From positions 4,072 through 68,071 of the IMG/VR virus record IMGVR_UViG_3300042288_001089: DNA of 64,000 nucleotides; one strand, written 5' to 3'. Of the stretch, positions 36,654 to 46,800 are shown in pieces. The notes below the pieces were generated by a model. The model was not told the origin of the DNA. It did not search any database and worked only from the letters and a program-made list of their open reading frames with translations. How positions within the stretch are numbered: position 1 is the stretch's first letter; the number at the start of each line of letters is the position of its first letter. The DNA is from a virus. Both the position numbers and the translations under genes were made by a program.

Positions 36654-37265
36654 ATGATTATCGGATTATCGGGCTATGCCGGATCGGGCAAAGACACCGC
36701 AGCAGAGATCATTAAATCCATCGACCCCACTTGGGAGGTCAAAAGGTTTTCGGAGAAACTTAAACAGGTGGCAGAGATCCTTACAGGAATCCCCGCCCAT
36801 GCTTTCAACTCTCAGGAGGTGAAGGCGAGTGCACTGTCGCACCACTGGGACAGGTGGGAGTACAAGCCTAAAGCCGGAGGCACCCCCGTCCTCCCGGTCT
36901 ATAGCGGAGAGGTCTCAAGAAAGCCGATGTTCATAAGGGACTTCCTGCAGATACTAGGGACAGATGCCGTCAGGGACAACCTGCATGAAGATGCTTGGGT
37001 CATAGCACTCATGCATGAGTACAGGCCTGATAGCAAGTGGATTATCACAGACGTAAGGTTCTTCAATGAATGTGCCGCCATCAAAGAAAAGGGCGGCATT
37101 ATTGTTAGGGTTGACAGGGGCCGGCCGGTTAATCGCCACCCATCAGAGACTGCTATCGATGACTACCTGTTCGATGAAGTTATCCACAACCATGGTGGGA
37201 TTGATGAATACATAGAGCGAGTTAAGTACTTTTATGAAAAGAAGATTCTTTTTTCATTACAATAA
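36654..37265 (+). CDS. Deoxynucleoside monophosphate kinase
   Basis: IIGLSGYAGSGKDT; RDFLQILGTD; IITDVRF.NE; HPSE. Confidence 0.9.
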   Translation: MIIGLSGYAGSGKDTAAEIIKSIDPTWEVKRFSEKLKQVAEILTGIPAHAFNSQEVKASALSHHWDRWEYKPKAGGTPVLPVYSGEVSRKPMFIRDFLQILGTDAVRDNLHEDAWVIALMHEYRPDSKWIITDVRFFNECAAIKEKGGIIVRVDRGRPVNRHPSETAIDDYLFDEVIHNHGGIDEYIERVKYFYEKKILFSLQ

Positions 37266-37446
37266 GTTTAAGCACGGCATGACAGTTCACTGGAAGAACC
37301 AATGCATACCGGTAGATGACATCTCCTGCGAGGTTCCGGTTGAAACCAAGTGGAACAGCTCTCAGCCAAGGCTTGTCCTTAGGGGCTGGGCCAAGGAGGT
37401 GGAAGTTCAATCTGTTGACGGAAGAAAAATAGCATTCATAAAATGA
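37234..37446 (+). CDS. Hypothetical protein
   Basis: 70 aa. Confidence 0.55.
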   Translation: MKRRFFFHYNKFKHGMTVHWKNQCIPVDDISCEVPVETKWNSSQPRLVLRGWAKEVEVQSVDGRKIAFIK

Positions 37447-37560
37447 AAGAAGAACTCAAAGAGATTGTGGTCCAGTTGTCAAGGGCTATCGAGGAGGGCA
37501 ATGAACTTAAATTAGGGATAGTGATAGGACAAATACTTTCAAGGCTAAAAGAGATCATAA

Positions 37561-37857
37561 ATGAAACTGAATGAATCACAGGCGGAATCCCTTGAGTTGT
37601 TGTACGCCAACCTCAGGAACGCTCAGATGTATGCCGAGGATCTGATGAGATCAAGTCCCATAAAGGACGCCATACACAAGGTGCAGGTGAAGATCGACTG
37701 GTCGGTTAAGTTCTTGGAGAGTGCAATCCCCTCTCACAAAAGGGGGGCAGCTCGGGAGATAGACCACCTGTATTATGACCAGATATCCAGACTCGTAACA
37801 CACATGGACGAAGAAACCAAAAACAAACTTGAAAACTTTATAAACCAACAATTATGA
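37561..37857 (+). CDS. Hypothetical protein
   Basis: 98 aa. Confidence 0.55.
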   Translation: MKLNESQAESLELLYANLRNAQMYAEDLMRSSPIKDAIHKVQVKIDWSVKFLESAIPSHKRGAAREIDHLYYDQISRLVTHMDEETKNKLENFINQQL

Positions 37858-38066
37858 AAAAGTACATTATCTGTCTTGTAATCGCATTTAGCTTAGTAGA
37901 ATCGGCAGCAGCCTGCAGCATGTGCCGGAAATTAGAAAGCGCATGGGACTCCTTTACCGCATGGTTGGAGAAGAAAGCATGCGAGAATGCCCAGTTCCAC
38001 TACAAAAGGATCACCGGCAAAGATGGATTCTGTGAGCATGGCGGGAAGCACAAAGCAAATTATTAA
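37854..38066 (+). CDS. Hypothetical secreted protein
   Basis: Signal peptide followed by CSMC. Confidence 0.5.
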   Translation: MKKYIICLVIAFSLVESAAACSMCRKLESAWDSFTAWLEKKACENAQFHYKRITGKDGFCEHGGKHKANY

Positions 38067-38083
38067 CCGAAATAAATACACTA

Positions 38084-38278
38084 ATGTCACAGCAACCGAT
38101 CATTACTTCCAACGGACATGTAACTGTCAACCACAAGGACGGCACGCTTACCATCCACCGGGATGAGATGTTGGACTTTGTAAAAGATTATATCCGGTAC
38201 TATGCCTCCACAGATGGAGAGAATGTAACCTTTGACAAATCTCCGGAAGAATTCTTTGACGAAATATACGGAGGGTAA
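38084..38278 (+). CDS. Hypothetical protein
   Basis: 64 aa. Confidence 0.5.
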   Translation: MSQQPIITSNGHVTVNHKDGTLTIHRDEMLDFVKDYIRYYASTDGENVTFDKSPEEFFDEIYGG

Positions 38279-38279
38279 T

Positions 38280-38642
38280 ATGGACCTTGTCCCTTACAAG
38301 CAATCGTTGGAACTCAAGAATCTTGGGTTTGACGAGCCTTGTTTCACTTGGTATTGGGATGATATTGGACTCTATAGTGGTCTAGAGTTTGGCAATCATA
38401 ACAAAAATATTAATTATGTTTCAGCACCAACGTTCTCTCAAGCTCTTAGATTCTTTCGTGAGAAGCACAACCTGTATGGGTTCATAACTCCGGCAGAAAA
38501 GAAAGATACAAAGCTTCGGTTTTCATTTCATATTGTAGACAACTGGGATGTCAACGAGATATTCGACACACCTGAAGAAGCTGAAATAGGATGTATCAAA
38601 AAGCTTATTGAACTTGTTAAAAACAAACAAAACGCACAATAA
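38280..38642 (+). CDS. Hypothetical protein (Bacteroidota phage family)
   Basis: VPY.QSLELK.LGFDEPC...SAPT.SQA..FFREK. Confidence 0.6.
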   Translation: MDLVPYKQSLELKNLGFDEPCFTWYWDDIGLYSGLEFGNHNKNINYVSAPTFSQALRFFREKHNLYGFITPAEKKDTKLRFSFHIVDNWDVNEIFDTPEEAEIGCIKKLIELVKNKQNAQ

Positions 38643-38643
38643 A

Positions 38644-38871
38644 ATGAACCTATTTAAATTATTTATTCCGAAAGAAAAAGCACAAGTAGTTACAGAACTT
38701 GAAAGCTGGACGGTTAGTTGGGAAGTTGCTACATCGCTTATGTGGGGGGATTCAAAAGTGTTTAATAAAGTATTTATAAAACAGCCAGACGCTAAAGAGT
38801 TTGAGAAGCAGCTTAAAGAATCTGCATCATTTCTAAATACGCCAATAAGAGTTGAGGTTGTTCGTAATTAA
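38644..38871 (+). CDS. Hypothetical protein
   Basis: 75 aa. Confidence 0.5.
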   Translation: MNLFKLFIPKEKAQVVTELESWTVSWEVATSLMWGDSKVFNKVFIKQPDAKEFEKQLKESASFLNTPIRVEVVRN

Positions 38872-38883
38872 TAAACTAATAAC

Positions 38884-39126
38884 ATGACACCCAAAGAACA
38901 GGCTTACGAACTATATCACGCTATGGGGTTTTCGACTTATACAACAATGAATACGCAAACTGGGGAGAGTGAACCCGTTCACAGGAACCAGTACGCTAAA
39001 GCTTGCGCAATGACAGCTGTTAATTACATAATAGCATCAAACCCTCACAGCAACCCTCTTAACACAGAAGTCCATTCGACCATGGATTATTGGTTTCAAG
39101 TAAAACAAGAAATAGAAAAACTATGA
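38884..39126 (+). CDS. Small protein, MTPKE family
   Basis: MTPKEQAYELY...YAKACA...YWFQVKQEIEKL. Confidence 0.65.
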   Translation: MTPKEQAYELYHAMGFSTYTTMNTQTGESEPVHRNQYAKACAMTAVNYIIASNPHSNPLNTEVHSTMDYWFQVKQEIEKL

Positions 39127-39380
39127 CACCAAAAGAAAAAGCAATAGAATTATATCAAGAATTTATTAATTATGTGCCAGCAGACATAGAATGGGAGCAT
39201 AAATATGCAAAAGAATGTGCATTGATAGCAGTTGATGAGATAATAAACTCAGAACCTCGTAATCCATCCAATGTTGATTGGGATGATTGCGGTGGAACTC
39301 ATGAGTATTATTACGAAGAACAACGAGAAGAAGCTGATAAATATTGGCGAGAAGTTAAACAAGAAATAGAAAAACTATAA
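39123..39380 (+). CDS. Small protein, MTPKE family
   Basis: MTPKEKAIELY...YAKECA...YWREVKQEIEKL. Confidence 0.65.
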   Translation: MTPKEKAIELYQEFINYVPADIEWEHKYAKECALIAVDEIINSEPRNPSNVDWDDCGGTHEYYYEEQREEADKYWREVKQEIEKL

Positions 39381-39390
39381 ACCAAATAAC

Positions 39391-39646
39391 ATGTCAAATA
39401 CAAACCCAAACGATGCTGCATTTGCAAGACCACTTTCAGTTAATGGTATTAATATAACTATTCCTGAAACATATGGACTCACAAAAAGAGAATACTTTGC
39501 GGCAAAAGCATTTCAGGCATTGATAACAAGTGATAACAAGTGATAAAGCGTGGATGTCAACTGATGGGTATGCTCAATTAGCAGTTAAACTTGCAGATGC
39601 ATTAATTGAAGAACTAAACAAAACAGAACAACATGGCACAATGTAA
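39391..39646 (+). pseudogene. Small phage gene frameshifted by a 10-bp tandem duplication
   Basis: GLTKREYFAAKA...; TGATAACAAG x2 at 39521-39540; removing one copy restores ...AVKLADALIEELNK. Confidence 0.7.
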
Positions 39647-39830
39647 ATGTTGTAAAAGAAATCAAGATTTAAGAATGGGTTATTGTTTCGATTGCGTTGA
39701 AGCAGAATCAATTATGGTTGATGGAGTTGATATGTACGATAAACCAATTCCAAAGCAAGAAGACATGTCAACGGCAATGTCCCAACTTCAATATATTTTG
39801 AGAAAATTTGATGTAGTTAAAAACAATTAA
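39633..39830 (+). CDS. Small zinc-binding protein
   Basis: CKCC...CFDC. Confidence 0.5.
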   Translation: MAQCKCCKRNQDLRMGYCFDCVEAESIMVDGVDMYDKPIPKQEDMSTAMSQLQYILRKFDVVKNN

Positions 39831-40018
39831 TATGGCAGAACAAACACCAATAAAAGAAGAAACCACATATTTCATTGAAAACATATCTCACAAGGTGTTA
39901 ATTACGGTTCATCCAGATTTTTTTTCAAGAATCATATCACAATCAAAGAAAAGCAATCAGAATTTTGATTTGGTGGTCAATAAAGAATTACATTAAGATA
40001 CTATTCAAAAGATAAATT

Positions 40019-40264
40019 ATGGCACAACAAACGGCAGTTAAGTTACTATTTAATGAGTTTAAAACATTATCTGATACATCAAGGTTTGCGGGGGATGAAC
40101 AAACGGCAAATTTAATTGACTTTTTGTGTGAAAGAGAAGGCGCCGCTATACAAATGGAGAAGGAGCAGATAATTAAAGCAGCTGCTGACCATTGTTATCC
40201 TACCTGTGAATCGGCAAGAACATATGCAGAACAATACTACAACGAAACATATGGAACAGAATAA
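40019..40264 (+). CDS. Small protein, QQTAV family
   Basis: MAQQTAV...MEKEQII...EQYYNETYG. Confidence 0.6.
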   Translation: MAQQTAVKLLFNEFKTLSDTSRFAGDEQTANLIDFLCEREGAAIQMEKEQIIKAAADHCYPTCESARTYAEQYYNETYGTE

Positions 40265-40296
40265 ACATCATATAACAGACAAAAAAAACATGACAA

Positions 40297-40536
40297 ATGC
40301 CGACATTCGAAACAACGGTTGAAGTTAATTTAGATTTTGAAGTCTTTTGTGGTACTTGTGGTGAAGGATTATGTTTAGAGAGCAGTACGAGAAGCAGCAG
40401 ATACAGGAATCATCCTCAGGTAGAAGTTAATGCCTGTCCTACCTGTATTGCTACCAAACAGGATGAGATAGATGATTTGAAATCACAAATAGATGAGTTA
40501 CAGAAAAAGATAGACGAATTGGCAGAACAATACTAG
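40297..40536 (+). CDS. Zinc-ribbon plus coiled-coil protein
   Basis: CGTCG...CPTC followed by a coiled coil. Confidence 0.55.
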   Translation: MPTFETTVEVNLDFEVFCGTCGEGLCLESSTRSSRYRNHPQVEVNACPTCIATKQDEIDDLKSQIDELQKKIDELAEQY

Positions 40537-40546
40537 AAAGAAACAC

Positions 40547-40834
40547 ATGGAACAGACTAAGCAACAGACTGCAGTAGAATGGTTTTTTGATACATTGGTT
40601 GAAAAGGGGTATATTAAAAAATTGCCCATAGCCGAATATCATGAAGCCAAAGCAATGGAGAATAAACACAGAGACGCATTCCGGGAATTCATAGAATGGA
40701 TAGACCCGGAGTTCGCCGGCATCAAAGCCAAGGCGGAAGAGATACTAAGCAGGGTGGACTCTACTTATACAGCCCACCCTTCTTCACCTTCCCAGTCTTT
40801 ATCCCAATCTTCGTCTGCTTGTCAAAGCCAGTAA
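40547..40834 (+). CDS. Small protein, QQTAV family
   Basis: MEQTKQQTAVEWF...AKAME; overlaps the 3' end of the giant gene. Confidence 0.55.
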   Translation: MEQTKQQTAVEWFFDTLVEKGYIKKLPIAEYHEAKAMENKHRDAFREFIEWIDPEFAGIKAKAEEILSRVDSTYTAHPSSPSQSLSQSSSACQSQ

Positions 40835-43800
40835 CCCGTATTGCACTCCTTTCGTTTATCTGCTCGTCAAGTATTTTGGGATCTGCTCCGGTAAGTATGA
40901 AGTCCTGATACAGCTTGTTGTACCTGCTGATTATGGCCTCCTTCTTTGACTCGGCTTCTTCCTGAGCGGCCTTTATTTCTTCCGGAGTGTACTTCTTATT
41001 GTACTTGATGGCATTGTACTCTCTTGATATTCCATCCATGTCGCTGTACATCCGGCTGAGTGCAAACCCCCAAGCCTCATGCAGGTCAACCTCGTATGGT
41101 CTTGCTCCTATTATAGCCCAAGCTTCAGCGGACTTGTTCTCGTTCTTTATGAGCCTTTCAATCATTGAATAGGTCGATGGCTTAAGTCTGGACCAAGTGT
41201 ATGCTATCGATTTGTCAAACGCATCTGCTGGGCCGTCAGTCTCTAGAACTATATTGTTACCAGTCTTAAGGTTTCTATTCTGCATGAGAGACCACATAGC
41301 ATCAAAGGTCATCTCTGGGCCCAAGAACGGGCTGAATAGTTCCGCAAGTGCTGCAGGTACACCCGGGTCCATGGTCCTTCCGAAGATCCCCTCTCTGCCC
41401 TCAGTGAGTGCGTTCATTGAACTTGGGATAAGACCGTATGGATCTAGGCTTGACAGGTTCAGCACCGTGTACTTGTGTGGGGCGGTCTTTGATGGGATGA
41501 TCAGCAGGTCGCCAGTTCTCATGAATGGTGGCAGTGCCTCTCTAATCGCATTCTTTCTCCTCTCCTCGTCATCATCTCCCATGATGGCACCAAGTATTCC
41601 AGCAGCGGCAAATCCAAATAGTTTTGCAACTCCGATCGTAACTGCACTTCTAAATCCTAAGTATGCGGCTATGCCTGCCATCCTTCTCATACCCACTGCC
41701 CTCATCTCCGGGTCTTTTATGTCTTCATTGGCGATCTTTATTGTGTTCGCCAGTACCCTGAGAGATTCAGCTTGGAACGATATGAAATCACCAAAGATGG
41801 GCGCATTCTTACTCACGAACTTTGCTCCCTCCCATACACGGTCGTATGTTGGCCATGTGTTCTTCACCCTTTCTGATGATTCAAGATCCACTTTTGCCTG
41901 CTGTTCTTCTGTCAAGGAAGAGTATGTACCCCCGAACCGAGCCTTACTCACCAGCTCCCTCTCGTTTATATATCCATATACCTTCCAGAAATCATCACCA
42001 ATCCTGTATGCCTTATTAAAGGCAGGGAATGGATTAATCCTCTTTGTAACTCTTTTCTTCCACATTCCCTCAGAGCTGAGTGCCATGTCAAGTGCTATGT
42101 CATGAACATCCCCACTTGAGAGCATGGAAGCTATCTCCCTTGCACCGACAGACTGTCCCACCAGATTAAGTCTTATAACTTTCTCTGTTATCTCATCTAT
42201 ATCGGACTTGGAGTACTGACCTTTTACATACGCCCAAGAGTCTTTTGCCGCACCAAAACTATTCCCAGTATACACAATACCATTCATAACGGCGAATCCA
42301 AGGTTGGACTCAATGTTCTTCAGCTGTGTTGCCAGTGACAGAACCGTCTTGCCATACCTTACAGCACCAACCATTCTCATCCAAGCATTGGTTAGGTTGT
42401 TGTATGTTGGTTCTACCGCCTGAAGTGATTCGTATATTTCAGGGGTGGTATAGAGTCCCCCGAGCGGGCTCATTGACTCAGTACCGGTAGACGCTATTTG
42501 AACGCTATGGCTTGCGGGTCTCTCAGGATCATTCTTTTCAAAGAACAGGGTACCCATTCCCTTATCCCTTAGGTTGCTGAGGAACTGGCTGGAAGACTTG
42601 AGAGCAGCCTGCTTTGTGACGGTCATCATAAACACAATGCCCGGGTCTGTGTACTCCCCCATCAGTTTCCTGATAGGCTCAGGAATATCCTTGCGCTCTT
42701 TTAAGATGCCGGGGTTTCTCTTGTCAACAGATCCCGCATTGAAGTATGGGTTCCTGTTTTTATTCAGGATGTCCTCCACATCTCTTTGGGCTTTTACTAT
42801 GGCGTCCCTTTCTATCTGCTCAAGAGTAAGCATCCCGGCCTTGTCTGTCGCCATCTGCTTGATGTACTGGTCAGCCAGATACTTGATGGCCTCATTCATC
42901 ACCTCCTTGGAGGGCTTGTAGAAGGAGTCATTAAACATCCTGTAAGACCTATTGACATAGGCTCCTATGTTATTCTGCAGTACGATGGACTGCTCGGGGG
43001 TGACATATCCAGAACCTACCAGATCTTTTGTAAGATTATCTATCTGACCTCTCATCTTGTACACAAACGGTACAATCTCTGCAGGCAGTGCAGCTATGGA
43101 TGGGGGTATGATTGACGGCGATTCTTCTGGGAAATTGGGCTGTGAGGCCAATACAACCTCATTGGGCATGATCTGTGAAACTCCCCTAGCATCCTTCAGT
43201 GCCTTAGAGAAGGTGTCCCAATCAGAAAAATTAATCGATTTAGCTACGATCTTAAGCTGCTCTACCGTCCTTGCCGCCCTAGCTATCTCTATATTCTTTG
43301 CTCCACCGGCAAAGTCCTTCATCGCCAGCACCCAGTCAGGCAGCCCTTTGGCAGGGTCAAACCATTTCTTCTTGAAGTTTTCCGCCCAACTTGCCCTGTC
43401 GGATATCTTATTCTTTTCCAGATACTCCTGTATCCTGTCCATTGGAACCTCAAGGCCGGTAAAGGCCGCATCGATAGGCTTTCCAAACTGGCGGTTCCTG
43501 TATATGTTCTGGAGCTTCGCCCTCTCTACGAGGTTGTTCCTTTGCAGTACGGTCATGGCAGGGAACTGATTCCTTAGCCATCCTTCAGGGTCATCTATCA
43601 GATCCTTTATATCCTGCGGAGACATCTCCGGCATGACAGATGCTATGCCTGTGATCAACTCAAGCTTGTCAGCACCTTCGGATATCTTCCTCATCACATA
43701 CGCAGCCAGCTTGAACTGCTTTGTCTGCTCTGGTCTAGGGCCGGCCGATGCCTGTATCCTGTTATCAGTAGTACTGAATGCGCCAGTATTTTCTGTGGCT

Positions 43801-46800
43801 GATTTGATTTGGTTGGGGTTAAAAGCCACATATACAGACAATCCTTTTGATACTTTTTCTATAACGCCATCTGACCCAATTATAGATGCAACATCAGACA
43901 TCATCTTGCCATAGCTTGTATCTTGCTTATACGATCTTTTGATATTCTGAAGTACTTCTTTATCAGAACCATCAACGCCAAACATATCGTCCACATATTT
44001 CTTAATCAAATCCGACTTAGATAGACCTTCTGATTTTGTGTAAAAGGGAAGATAACTATCGTAAAACCAGTTATTATCACCATTTGAAAACAACTGATAT
44101 GCCTGCTCTTTTGTAATATTATTCGACCTGACAGTTATTACAAGCGGGTTCAACAAGTTAGTAAATACGTTCATTGGATTCCCGTATTCAGAAGCAGCCT
44201 TCTTGTTATCTGTCATGTAAAATCCGGGGCCCTGCTGTGCAAGCCTTGCCTCCCAAGATATCCTGTTGTATTCAAACTGGTCAAATTTTGATTTCGTTCC
44301 ATGATACACCACCATCGGCTCTCCATTCTCATCCACCACCTTACTAGCATTTTCGGGATCATTCTCCCAGTCCCCAAACCAGTTCTTGAATTCAGGTGTT
44401 CTTACTTGCGCCCATTGCCTTTCATTCAGATTGGTAGGCTTGCCATTTGGCGCCTTCATGTAGGTCCCGTTCGCCTTGGCGTCAGATATTATCTTGTCGA
44501 GGTTTCTTCCTCCGGCGGAAGCTTGAATAGATACATCATTCGGAGTCTTTTCGGTAGAGAATTCAGAGGTAGTCGATCCAACTTTTTTTACAAAGTTGTC
44601 AACCACTTCTTTTGAATTTGAAGCAGCAAATCCTTTGAAATTACCGCTATCCCAATACTGAACTACATGCTTAAAATTATCAAGAAGTACATTTTTGTAA
44701 TAATCAATATTAGCCTGATTCTCTTTCATACCAACAAGGACATCATCGGACTTCATAGCCTGCTGCTCCTTAGTGTAGTATATATCTTTGTATGCAGATT
44801 TCTTTTTTTCGTTCTTGTTGTATACTTCTGCGTCTTGGCTAAACTTCTCCTCCGTAACAAAGAGGCCGTTATTCTTTAGGTAATTATCAGCTATCTCTTT
44901 TACAAAATGATCACGCCTATCTGTAATAAACTGAAACACCATTGACTCATGAACAATGTCAGACTTTGATTTTGGTTTGTGTTTTTTATATGTTTTGCCT
45001 TCGTAATCAAAACCTTCATAGAACGCCTCTTCTACAAACTTACTTCCCTCGACAGGCTTTGCCTCATGCACCTCCCTCATGTCTGGGTTTGGATCAAGAT
45101 TTATAGTCTTGATAGATCCGCCGCTAGATTCCGTTATTGCTTTTACAAACCCACCCTCTGAACCGCCAATATCATAAACCAAAGGTTTAGTGGATTCTAT
45201 AAACCTGTTTGGTACGTCATATATTTTTCTTGGCGCATATGACTTATTGGTTGAGTAATAGGCATTATAAACAACCGTCTCCAAGAACAAAGCTTTCTGA
45301 GCCTTCTCTGAATACATTGGAGAGTGAGTATTGTATGCATCAAATTCTCCCTGTGTTGAGAAGGTATTTGATACCATGGCATGGCCAAAAATATCATGCA
45401 CCGCCCTGAACAGATCATTAAACAATACATCATCTCCGTTTATTACTATCCCAGTACTTCTGAATGGAGCGTAATTTTCTGCAGATTCATTTTCGTTTGC
45501 TTCACCAGTTGAAGATCTGCTTCTAAGATAATACAAATGCTTGTTCTCCAAAACATCCTTTCTCATTTCGGATGAGTTTACCCCATAAGGTTCTCCATCC
45601 TTCAGCCATGGTTCAATCTTATATCCAGCATCCACCAATTCCTGATACTGCTTAAGAGTTTCATTCAAGAATGCTTCATAAGACTTTGCCATTTCTGGAT
45701 TCTTCCTATCGTCTTTTGCATTTTTATGATAGTCAGATATTTCCCTAAATAGATTAGCATCAACTTTTGTATACGCCGGGTTAGTCTTTATTTGGTTTGC
45801 CTCTTTGTATTTGTTTTTAATATTTTCCAAGTCAGAATTAACTGCTCTTGGCGGATCTGAAAACATTGACACCAAAGCATTACCAACCTTAACCTGAGTC
45901 TCCCTGAACGTTGGGATAGATGTAGCAATATGAAGATCAAAATTGCCCATGTATTTATCAAACACATTCTTAAAAGATTGCTGGTTGCTATCAAATCCTA
46001 TTACGGGTTTCCATTCTTTTATTGGCTTGTACTTGTCAGAGATCCCTTTTACAACATCACTAAAAAATCCTATAGTCTTGCCGGATTCATTTACATTAAT
46101 ACCTCTTCCTCCTGCTGAGGCCTGCCTGTTCGACTTCAGCCCTTCGAACTTGGGCATCACATTAACAACGTTACCGACTCCCTTGCCGTAAACTTCTACC
46201 GGAAGTTTCTCGGTAGTCTGTGCACGGAGAACCTTCCTTCCACCGATGTACCACTCAGCAACAGTTACAGGGTATCCCTTCTTGGCAGCCACCTGAGTGA
46301 TGAATCCTACCTGCTTGTTGGCATCAAAGGCCACACGGTCACCGTACACCTTCCTGAATTCAACCTCTGCTTCGTCATACAGATTCAGTGGGTCTCTGTT
46401 GAATGGGTACACCTTCTCCATCGGAACCTTTATGGCGTATCCAAACTCTGAAGGTATGCCGGACTCTATTGTTCCGGGTTCAGTATACATCATTGACAAG
46501 CCAACTCCGGGATTCTCCCCCCGACCCGTCACTAGATTGGAGCCAAACCTGTCAGGATCCAGCTTGGAGAATTTACTTCCGCTATAATGGAAGAATACAT
46601 AGTTCCCTTGCCCATCCTCAGTCATCATCTTGTCAAGCTTGGCGGCTTGGACAAGGTTGCGGCCTCCTGCAGAGGCTTGTATAGCACCAGCAGTCGAAGA
46701 TACAGGAGTATATTCAAATGATCCTTCGGCTCCTACCGGCTGACCCTTTACATACATACTTCCTGCAAGCATTTGTGCTGCAGTCTTTGTGTAAGCACCG

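Noticed and set aside
40761-40834. Convergent 74-nt gene overlap as a regulatory device
   Set aside because: The overlapping tail is low-complexity Ser/Gln sequence, most simply a stop-codon loss.
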